Origin: a bacterium
GTDB taxonomy: Bacteria; UBA8248; JACPRG01; G963555815
Assembly: GCA_963555815.3 (NCBI GenBank)
Contig: CAUVWX020000001.1
Location: 160,001 to 224,000 of the forward strand
DNA length: 64,000 nucleotides
Direction: 5' to 3'
In this document: positions 39,246-47,406 of the stretch, in pieces
How positions within the stretch are numbered: the stretch's first letter is position 1
Layout of the letters: every line of letters begins with the position of its first letter
The notes under the pieces: model-generated
What the model was told of the DNA's origin: nothing
The model's input: the letters and a program-made list of their open reading frames with translations, nothing else
Databases searched by the model: none
Position numbers and translations under genes: made by a program

Positions 39246-40442
39246 GTGACCTGCAAGCTGAACGACATCGTCGTCATCTCGGCTGTCCGGACCCCCATGG
39301 GAAAATTCGGCGGAAGCCTGAAGGACCTCTCCGTCTTTCGCTTTGGGGCGGTGGTCATCCAGGAGGCCCTCTCCCGGGCCGGGGTCAAGCCCGAAGAGGT
39401 GGACGACGTCATCCTGGGGTGTTGCCGGCATGCGGGGAACGGAACGAACCCGGGGAGGACGGCGACACGGCTGGCGGGCCTTCCAGCCGAGGTCCCGGCC
39501 GTTACGGTCACAATGGCCTGTGCCTCCGGGATGCGGACTGTCATGATGGCAGCCCAGGCCCTTCAGCTCGAGGAGGCCCGATTTATCGTGGCCGGCGGGA
39601 TGGAGAGCATGAGCACCATCCCCTACCTCCTCATGGACGGCCGCTGGAAGGGGTTTCGAAGGGGGGACAAGAGGCTCTTTGACGGCTGGTACGATAGCCG
39701 AGACCCCTTCATCGAGGACATCGGGACAGGGCCCACCACGGAGCTTCTGGTAGAGAAGTACAAGATCTCTCGGGCCGAGCAGGACAAGTTCGCTCTGTGG
39801 AGCCACCAGAAGGCGGCCCAGGCGAGAGAGGGGGGCCTCTTTGATGATGAGATCGTTCCGGTCGAGACCCCAGCGGGGGACAACGGCCCTGGTCTCTTCT
39901 CGGCCGACGACACCATCCGGGCTGATACGAGCCTCTATAAACTCTCCCAGCTCCCAACAACCTTCAAAGAGAGCGGATGTCTGACGGCGGGAAATTCTTC
40001 ATGCCTCACGGATGGGGCCGCCGTCTTTGTCATGACGACGCGGGAGGTGGCGAAGGCCATCGGCCAAAAGCCCCTCTTCAGCATTGTCTCTCAGGCCAGC
40101 GGGGCTGTGGATAACGCATACATGGGGGAGGGCCCTTCTGTTATCCTTCCGAAGGCCCTGAAGGCGGCGGGGATGGAGGTCCACGACCTCGACTATCTCG
40201 AAGTGAATGAGGCCTTCGCCGGAATGGTCCTTGCCAATGAGAAGCTCCTTCATTGGGACCCAGATAAACTCAATGTCAGAGGGGGGGCCATCGCCCTTGG
40301 GCACCCCGTCGGGTGCAGCGGGGCGCGCATTCTCGTGACCCTTTACCACATCCTGAAGCACCAGGACGCCGAAGTCGGAGGGGCCACCATCGGGGCGGCG
40401 GGCGGAGTCTGCACGGCGATGGTGATCAGGCGGGAGAACTAG
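39246..40442 (+). CDS. Thiolase (acetyl-CoA acyltransferase) family, atypical C-terminal motif
   Basis: RTPMGKFGG, ACASG, GGMESMS, NEAFA, GHPVG; C-terminal ATIGAAGG instead of CxGGG. Confidence 0.9.
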   Translation: MTCKLNDIVVISAVRTPMGKFGGSLKDLSVFRFGAVVIQEALSRAGVKPEEVDDVILGCCRHAGNGTNPGRTATRLAGLPAEVPAVTVTMACASGMRTVMMAAQALQLEEARFIVAGGMESMSTIPYLLMDGRWKGFRRGDKRLFDGWYDSRDPFIEDIGTGPTTELLVEKYKISRAEQDKFALWSHQKAAQAREGGLFDDEIVPVETPAGDNGPGLFSADDTIRADTSLYKLSQLPTTFKESGCLTAGNSSCLTDGAAVFVMTTREVAKAIGQKPLFSIVSQASGAVDNAYMGEGPSVILPKALKAAGMEVHDLDYLEVNEAFAGMVLANEKLLHWDPDKLNVRGGAIALGHPVGCSGARILVTLYHILKHQDAEVGGATIGAAGGVCTAMVIRREN

Positions 40443-40549
40443 TGCCTGCAGGAACTCGGCCTTGACGAAAGCGGGCCAGAATCCTCTACCGGTCAAGTAG
40501 CGCGCAAAAAGCCCAGCTCACTTTCCGTTCTCTTTTTAGAGGAGGGCCC

Positions 40550-41602
40550 ATGCCCCCAGCCATTCTGACCATCCATCGTGCCGTTCCCTCCTACTCCTTC
40601 TCTCAGATGCCCACCTACGAGAGTTTTTTTCGTCACTTCTTTGAGAAAAACGGCCGCGCGCGGAGCATCTTTGAAAATTCCCAGATCGAGACTCGACACA
40701 GCGTCCTGACGCCTGACTTCTTTTGCCAGGAGCACCCGATTGAGGAGCGAAACCGCCTGTATATAGAAGGGGCCTGCCGGCTGGGGGCAGAAAGCATCCA
40801 GGGATGCCTGGAAGAGCTTTCACTCTCCCCTGAGGATCTCGACCTCTTTATTGTCGTCTCCTGCACGGGCTATTCCAATCCGGGCCTTGAGATCCTCCTC
40901 GCCAAGCAGCTTGGGATGCGGCAGAACATCCGAAGGACCAGCATCGTCGGAATGGGGTGCTACGCCGCCTTTCCCGGCCTCGCCCGCGCTTTTGAATCCG
41001 TCGTCGCCCGCCCCAAGACCCGCACCCTCCTCCTTGCCGTTGAGATCTGCTCGGTCACGCTTCAAAAGGACGACTCGATGGAAAATGTAGTGGCGAGCGC
41101 CATCTTCGGGGACGGGGCGGCGGCCCTGGTGCTCGGGGACCATGAAAACTCGCGGCCCGGTCTCCCATTTCCCCACCTCCTCGACTTCGAGACGCTGACC
41201 GATTACGAGACCATCGACGACATGGGCTTCTTCGTCACCCAGTCTGGCTTTCGGATCGTGCTTTCAGCCAAAACCCCTTCATTCATTCGCCGGAATATAA
41301 AAAAGATCGTCAGTCCCTTCCTGGATCGAAATGGCCTCTCCTCCAAAGAAGTCCGCTTCTGGGCCGTCCACCCCGGGGGGAGCAAGATCCTGGATTATAT
41401 CCAGGAGGAACTAAAACTCTCGGATGACCAAATGGCCTTCTCCCGCCACATCCTTTCGACCCACGGGAACATGTCCTCCCCGACGGTCCTCTTCATCCTG
41501 GACGAGATCGCGCGAAGGGGTGGCCCCAGGCCTGGGGATTTCGGCCTGATGCTGGGGTTTGGCCCCGGACTCACCATCGAAGCCTGTCTCATTCGGTGGT
41601 AA
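40550..41602 (+). CDS. Type III polyketide synthase (chalcone synthase-like)
   Basis: Cys-His-Asn triad GMGCYA, VHPGG, GNMSS; FGDGAAA; GFGPG. Confidence 0.93.
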   Translation: MPPAILTIHRAVPSYSFSQMPTYESFFRHFFEKNGRARSIFENSQIETRHSVLTPDFFCQEHPIEERNRLYIEGACRLGAESIQGCLEELSLSPEDLDLFIVVSCTGYSNPGLEILLAKQLGMRQNIRRTSIVGMGCYAAFPGLARAFESVVARPKTRTLLLAVEICSVTLQKDDSMENVVASAIFGDGAAALVLGDHENSRPGLPFPHLLDFETLTDYETIDDMGFFVTQSGFRIVLSAKTPSFIRRNIKKIVSPFLDRNGLSSKEVRFWAVHPGGSKILDYIQEELKLSDDQMAFSRHILSTHGNMSSPTVLFILDEIARRGGPRPGDFGLMLGFGPGLTIEACLIRW

Positions 41603-41611
41603 GAAAAGAAA

Positions 41612-42238
41612 TTGATAGACAGCGTGAAACTGCTTCTGGGAAGAATGATCTATCTGCTAATCGGACTGCTCTTCCTGGAAGCAGGGGTCGGGGCAGAAAC
41701 CCTCCTGAAATTTCAAATCGACCCGGCTCGAAGTGAGGTCGGCTTCGACGGGGAAACCTGGCTCCACAACCTGGACGGGGTGGCCAAAGCGTTTCAGGGA
41801 GAGGTGGAGGCCCCGGCGTTTTTATACGGTGGAGGGGTCTCGGGGCGGGTCGTCATCGACCCCTCCGCTATCGACACGGGCAACTCCCTGCGGGACCGTC
41901 AGATGCGGAATCGGACGCTCGAGATCGATAAATTTCCAGAAATTGTCTTTCTCGTCGATGGGGCCGAGCTCACCGATGGTGCTGAGCCCATAGGGGAAAG
42001 CTTCGTCCAGGCGGATTCCATCAATCTCATCCTCTCGGGCCGTCTCGTCCTGCATGGGGTCACGCAGGAAAAGCGCTTCCCCGTCACCGTGCTGCGGGAG
42101 GGAGAGGGGCTTGTCGTGTCCGGGAGGTTTCCCCTTCGCCTCAGTGAGCACCAGATCCCAGACCCCTCGACGTTCTTCAATCGTGTCCGAGACGAGCTCA
42201 TCGCCATTTTTAAGTTCACCCTCATCCCGACAGAGTGA
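41612..42238 (+). CDS. YceI family lipid/polyisoprenoid-binding protein
   Basis: IDPARSEVGF, IDTGNSLRD, FPEIVF, GRLVLHGVT; signal peptide. Confidence 0.88.
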   Translation: MIDSVKLLLGRMIYLLIGLLFLEAGVGAETLLKFQIDPARSEVGFDGETWLHNLDGVAKAFQGEVEAPAFLYGGGVSGRVVIDPSAIDTGNSLRDRQMRNRTLEIDKFPEIVFLVDGAELTDGAEPIGESFVQADSINLILSGRLVLHGVTQEKRFPVTVLREGEGLVVSGRFPLRLSEHQIPDPSTFFNRVRDELIAIFKFTLIPTE

Positions 42239-42242
42239 GTTT

Positions 42243-42812
42243 TTAGGTGCCTCTCTTCTGTGAGTCCGGGGTGACAGCGGGGGCGTCTTGCTGTCCTCCT
42301 CGCCGGCTCCTCTTCCCGCCCAAGATCATCTCGAGGAGGAGGAGACCCACTCCCACCGTGATGGCCGAATCGGCCAGGTTGAAAGCGGGCCAGTGGAAGG
42401 AACCGTAGAAGAAATCGAGGAAATCCACAACGGCCTGAAAGCGGATGCGGTCGATGAGGTTCCCCACCGCGCCACCCAGAATGAGGGCGAGGCCCCAACG
42501 CGAGAGTTGGCGGTCCAAGGGAAGTCTTAGGGAGTAGACCGAAATGGTCCCGATGACGACGAGGGTCACCACCCAGAAGAAGGGCAGGACGAAGTGCGGG
42601 CTCGCCCCCGCCAGCAGGCCGAAGGCGGCCCCACGATTGAGGATATATGTGAGATGGAAAAAGCCAGGGATGACTGGAGAGGACTCGCTCAGGATAAGCT
42701 GCGCCTGGATAGCACTCTTCGTCACCTGGTCCAGGAAGACCACCCCTCCGGCAACGAAAAGCAGGAACAAAAAACTTCTTTTCCAAGAAGTCAAAGGCCT
42801 CAAAGCACTCAC
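42243..42812 (-). CDS. lspA: Lipoprotein signal peptidase
   Basis: DQVTK, NRGAAFG, GAVGNLIDR, VVDF, FNLAD. Confidence 0.97.
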   Translation of the reverse strand: MSALRPLTSWKRSFLFLLFVAGGVVFLDQVTKSAIQAQLILSESSPVIPGFFHLTYILNRGAAFGLLAGASPHFVLPFFWVVTLVVIGTISVYSLRLPLDRQLSRWGLALILGGAVGNLIDRIRFQAVVDFLDFFYGSFHWPAFNLADSAITVGVGLLLLEMILGGKRSRRGGQQDAPAVTPDSQKRGT

Positions 42813-45607
42813 GGCCTTTCGCCCAAGATGGCCCGACAGCGGTGGCAGAGGGTGGGATGGGAGGCATCCTCCCCCACGGTGGGAAGGACCATCCAGCAGC
42901 GTTCACATTTCTTGCCCCCGGCCGAAATAACGCGGATATGTAGTCCAGGGATCTCCTGGCTCGAGTAGGCCCCGTCAGAGGGGTTTTCTTCTTTCCCCTT
43001 TTGGGAGACGAGCCCCGTCTGAGAGACAATGAAGAGGGTCGAAAGCTCGCCTTCATAGGGGGCGAGGGTGGCCTCTAGATCGGGCGGGGCATAGAGCTCC
43101 ACTCGAGCGTTCAGGGAGTTCCCAAGCCCTCCATCCTTTCGGGCGATCTCCAGCGCCTTCAGCGCCTCTCCCCGGACCAGAAGGAGGGTGTCCCACCTGG
43201 CGGAAAGCGCCTCATCCAGGTGGCGCGGATCGGACTCGGGAAAAAGGGAGAGATGGACGCTCTCCTCTCCCTGTCCGGGCAAATACTCCATCACCTCCTC
43301 TGCCGTGAAAGGCAGGATGGGCGCCATGAGGCGTGCCATAGAATCCGCCAGTGCACACAGCACGGTCTGTGCGCTTCGTCGCTCCCGGGATGCAGTCCCC
43401 TCGACGTATAGGCGATCTTTGATCACGTCCAGATAAAATGCCGACAGGTCAACAGCACAGAAATTATGGAACGCGTGATAGAAGAGGTGATACTTGTGGT
43501 CCTGATAGGCCTTTCGGATACGCTGGGTGAATTTCGCAAGACGGTGGAGCATGAGCCGGTCCAACTCCGGGAGCTCTTCGTAGGGGACTTCGTCTCGGGC
43601 TGGGTCGAAATCGTAGAGGTTCCCGAGGAAGAATCGAAACGTATTTCGGATGCGCCGGTAGGCTTCCGACAGGCGCTGGAGGATCTCCTTTGAGATCCGG
43701 ATATCCTCCCCGTAGTCCTCAGAGGCCACCCAGAGACGCAGGATCTCGGCCCCATGGCGCTCCATCAGATCCTGGGGGGCGATGACGTTCCCAAGCGACT
43801 TCGCCATCTTGCGTCCCTCGCCGTCCACGACATAACCATGGGTCAGGACGGCCCGGTAGGGTGCGGCCCCACGGGTCCCCACCGCGGCAAGCAGAGAGCT
43901 CTGAAACCAACCCCGGTGCTGGTCACTCCCCTCCAGGTAGAGGTCGGCGGGCCACGCGAAATCAGGACGAGGCTCTAGGACCGCGGCGTGGGTCACCCCC
44001 GATTCGAACCAGACGTCCAGGATATCCAGGACCTTTTCAAAGTTTTTCTTGCCGCATTTGGGGCACTTGAGGTCCGGGGGGGCGAAGTCTGCTGTTTCCC
44101 GTTCGAACCAGGCGTCAGCCCCCTCCTTCTCCATGAAATCGGCCGCCCGAAGAGCCACCCGATGGTCCAATAGAACTTCCTCGCAGGCCGCGCACGTGAG
44201 GACCGTGATGGGGACCCCCCAGACCCGCTGGCGCGAGATGCACCAATCGGGCCGATTCTCGATCATCCCGTAGATCCGCTCCTCCCCCCAGGCGGGGATC
44301 CACTGGACCTGGCGGACCTCCTTCAGGGCTTTTGGGCGAAGGTCATTCTGCTCCATGGAGATGAACCACTGGGCCGTCGCCCGAAAGATGACGGGGGATT
44401 GGCACCTCCAGCAGTGGGGATAGGTGTGCTCGATCTGCTCCTTGGCGAGGAGCATCCCCCGCTCGGCGAGATGGCGGACGATGGCCCCGTTGGCCTTGAA
44501 GACGTCCTGCCCCCCAAAGATCTGGATGTCCGGGGCAAAGCGGCCCTGGTCATCAACGGGACTCAGGATCTCCAAACCGTATTCAAGGCCGGTCTCGTAA
44601 TCCTCACGCCCGTGGCCGGGGGCCGTGTGAACTGCGCCTGTGCCCTGATCGAGGGTCACATAACTGGCGAGGACGCCAACGGACTCCCGGTCAAGAAACG
44701 GATGGCGAAAGCGGGCGCCTTCGAGGGCCGCTCCCTTGAAGGTGGCCTCCACCCGGTAGTCCGAAAACCCGAAGGCCTCCATCAGGGTCGGCAAAAAATA
44801 TTCCGCCAGGATGAGGCTCTCCTTCCCCGCCCGGACGAGGACATAGTCATAATCGGGGTGGACGGCGACGGCCAGGTTCGCCAGGAGGGTCCACGGGGTG
44901 GTGGTCCAGATAGCGATGGAGGACCCTTGGCTCTCTGGCGGAAGGCCCTTCCCTCCCCCCAGGTAGGGAAACCTCACAAAGATAGAGGGCGAGGTGTGGT
45001 CCTCATACTCCACTTCCGCCTCGGCAAGGGCCGTGCGACATGAGGGGCACCAGTGGACGGGCTTTTGGCCCTGATAGACACTGCCCACCTGAAGAAACTT
45101 CGCCAGCTCCCGGACAATGGCCGCCTCAAAGGCGAAGTTCATCGTGAGGTAGGGGTTCTCCCAGTCCCCCAGGACACCGAGCCGCTTAAACCCCTGCCGT
45201 TGAACCTCGACGAATTTTTGTGCAAATGCCCGGCACCGGCGCCGCTTCTCCCCCCGCGGGAGACTATCCTTCTCGCTCCCCAGCTCCAGGTCCACCTGAT
45301 GTTCGATGGGAAGCCCGTGGCAATCCCAGCCCGGCAGATAGGGGGCGTCGTAGCCCTCCATCGTCTTCACCTTGATGACGAAATCTTTGAGGATCTTGTT
45401 CAGGGCGGTGCCGAGGTGAATCGGTCCGTTCGCGTAGGGCGGGCCATCGTGGAGGATGTATCGGGGCCGGCCCGCCCGGGCCTTTCGGATCTGGCCGTAG
45501 AGGTTTTCCAGCTCCCAGCGGGAAAGGACCTCGGGCTCGCGCTTCGAAAGGTTGGCCCGCATGGGGAAGTCGGTCCGGGGAAGATTCAGGGTTTTCTTGT
45601 AGTCCAT
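42809..45607 (-). CDS. ileS: Isoleucine--tRNA ligase (type 1)
   Basis: HDGPPYANG, HLGT, GWDCHGLP, WCISRQR, KMAKS, C-terminal CERCW Zn finger. Confidence 0.98.
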   Translation of the reverse strand: MDYKKTLNLPRTDFPMRANLSKREPEVLSRWELENLYGQIRKARAGRPRYILHDGPPYANGPIHLGTALNKILKDFVIKVKTMEGYDAPYLPGWDCHGLPIEHQVDLELGSEKDSLPRGEKRRRCRAFAQKFVEVQRQGFKRLGVLGDWENPYLTMNFAFEAAIVRELAKFLQVGSVYQGQKPVHWCPSCRTALAEAEVEYEDHTSPSIFVRFPYLGGGKGLPPESQGSSIAIWTTTPWTLLANLAVAVHPDYDYVLVRAGKESLILAEYFLPTLMEAFGFSDYRVEATFKGAALEGARFRHPFLDRESVGVLASYVTLDQGTGAVHTAPGHGREDYETGLEYGLEILSPVDDQGRFAPDIQIFGGQDVFKANGAIVRHLAERGMLLAKEQIEHTYPHCWRCQSPVIFRATAQWFISMEQNDLRPKALKEVRQVQWIPAWGEERIYGMIENRPDWCISRQRVWGVPITVLTCAACEEVLLDHRVALRAADFMEKEGADAWFERETADFAPPDLKCPKCGKKNFEKVLDILDVWFESGVTHAAVLEPRPDFAWPADLYLEGSDQHRGWFQSSLLAAVGTRGAAPYRAVLTHGYVVDGEGRKMAKSLGNVIAPQDLMERHGAEILRLWVASEDYGEDIRISKEILQRLSEAYRRIRNTFRFFLGNLYDFDPARDEVPYEELPELDRLMLHRLAKFTQRIRKAYQDHKYHLFYHAFHNFCAVDLSAFYLDVIKDRLYVEGTASRERRSAQTVLCALADSMARLMAPILPFTAEEVMEYLPGQGEESVHLSLFPESDPRHLDEALSARWDTLLLVRGEALKALEIARKDGGLGNSLNARVELYAPPDLEATLAPYEGELSTLFIVSQTGLVSQKGKEENPSDGAYSSQEIPGLHIRVISAGGKKCERCWMVLPTVGEDASHPTLCHRCRAILGERP

Positions 45608-45670
45608 ACCTGCCCCCTTCTAGGCAGAGCCTGGGATCCTGTCGGTCAACGCCTGGGGGCCCCCCTGACC

Positions 45671-46657
45671 CTAGAGGTGCATGGCAGCCTTGGCCTCCGC
45701 CAGTGTCTCCTGGGCGGCCTTTTTGGCCTTGGCGCTGCCTTCCTCTAAGATCTCTCGGACTTCCCCCCGGCGCTCCAAGAGGGCGTGACGTCTTTCATGA
45801 ATGGGCGCGAGGAACCGAACGAGGTTCTCGTAAAGGATCCCCTTGCAGTCCACGCAGCCGATGCCAGCCCGTCTGCACTCCCGGTTCACCATGTCCACTT
45901 CCTCTTTTGAGGAAAAGATCTTGTGGGAGTGGAAGACCGGGCAGACATCAGGGTTGCCGGGGTCCTGGCGGCGCTTTCGGGCCGGGTCGGTGAACATGCT
46001 GAGGACCTTTTTGCGAAGCACCTCCCCCTCATCCGAAAGGTAGATGGCGTTCTGATAGCTCTTGCTCATCTTCCGTCCATCCGTCCCGGGGAGCTTCGGG
46101 ACCTCGGTCAGCAGGGGCTGAGGCTCCGGGAAGACTTCAACGCCGTATAGGTGGTTGAAGCGTCGGACGACCTCCCGGGCCAGCTCGATGTGGGACACCT
46201 GGTCTATCCCGACGGGGACCCAGTTGGCTTTGTAGACGACGATGTCCGCGGTCTGAAGGAGGGGATAGCCGAGAAAGCCATACGTGCTGAGGTCGAGGTG
46301 GGAGAGCTCCTGTTGCTGCTCTTTGTAAGAGGGAACTCGCTCCAGCCAGGAAACGGGCGTGATCATCGAGAAGAGAAGGTGGAGTTCCGAGTGCTCAGGA
46401 ATCCGGGACTGGACAAAGAGGACGCTCTTCTCGGGGTCCAGACCCGCCGCCAGCCAGTCTATCGCCATCTCGGTGATGAGATCCGGCAGGTCTTTGGTGT
46501 CGTTGTAATCGGTGGTGAGGGCGTGAAGGTCAGCGATGAAATAAAAACAGGCATAGGTATCCTGAAGGGAGACCCAGTTCCGAAGGGCCCCCAGGTAATT
46601 GCCCAGATGAAGTCCTCCCGAAGGCCGCATCCCGCTCAGGACCCGTTCTTTCTTCAT
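45671..46657 (-). CDS. trpS: Tryptophan--tRNA ligase
   Basis: SGMRPSG, HLGNY, YPLLQTAD, VPVGIDQ, KMSKS. Confidence 0.98.
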   Translation of the reverse strand: MKKERVLSGMRPSGGLHLGNYLGALRNWVSLQDTYACFYFIADLHALTTDYNDTKDLPDLITEMAIDWLAAGLDPEKSVLFVQSRIPEHSELHLLFSMITPVSWLERVPSYKEQQQELSHLDLSTYGFLGYPLLQTADIVVYKANWVPVGIDQVSHIELAREVVRRFNHLYGVEVFPEPQPLLTEVPKLPGTDGRKMSKSYQNAIYLSDEGEVLRKKVLSMFTDPARKRRQDPGNPDVCPVFHSHKIFSSKEEVDMVNRECRRAGIGCVDCKGILYENLVRFLAPIHERRHALLERRGEVREILEEGSAKAKKAAQETLAEAKAAMHL

Positions 46658-46714
46658 GCTTGACGTTCCGTTTCCCTCAAGCCGCTCTTTCGCCAGGTAC
46701 CGGGGCGCCGGGCG

Positions 46715-47344
46715 TCAAATAACCCCGTAGAGGCGCATCAAGCTAAAGATGATGGGGAAGATTGTGAAGTCGAGCACCCGAAAGAAGATCAGTCCGATGA
46801 GGATGAAAAACCCGTAGGGCTCAATTCTGCTGTACGCAAGCGCCCCACTCGGCGAAAGAAGCCCGTTCAAGATCCGGCCCCCGTCCAAGGGAGGGATCGG
46901 AATCAGGTTGAAGACCATCAGCGCCAGATTGATGATGACGGAGCGCTGGATGATGAGGAAGAGGGGGGTATGCCCCCAAAAGGCGTCTCCACCGAAGGGG
47001 ACGGGTAGCGCATGAAAAATGATGACGAAGAGGGTTGCGAGGAGCAGATTGGAGGCTGGTCCGGCCAGGGCGATCCACATCATGTCCTGGCGCGGATGCT
47101 TCAGATTTCGAATGTCCACCGGCACAGGCTTCGCCCACCCGATGAAGCGGGTCAGCAGGAAGACCAGCGTCCCCATCATGTCCAGGTGTTTCAGGGGGTT
47201 CAGCGTCACGCGGCCCAGCATGCGGGCGGTGGGGTCCCCCAAGCGATCGGCCATCCACCCGTGAGCCGCCTCGTGGATGGAGAGGGCCAGCAGCATGGCC
47301 GGGAGCATGATGGCGATCTGCTGTATGATTAGGTTTAAGTTCAC
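46715..47344 (-). CDS. Site-2 protease (M50) family protein
   Basis: HEAAH, AGPASN, NLIPIPPLDG. Confidence 0.93.
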   Translation of the reverse strand: MNLNLIIQQIAIMLPAMLLALSIHEAAHGWMADRLGDPTARMLGRVTLNPLKHLDMMGTLVFLLTRFIGWAKPVPVDIRNLKHPRQDMMWIALAGPASNLLLATLFVIIFHALPVPFGGDAFWGHTPLFLIIQRSVIINLALMVFNLIPIPPLDGGRILNGLLSPSGALAYSRIEPYGFFILIGLIFFRVLDFTIFPIIFSLMRLYGVI

Positions 47345-47406
47345 GGATTTGCCTCCCTCAGTCTAGCCAAAAGTGGAGACCTCTTAACAAAAATCCCTGA
47401 CCTCTG

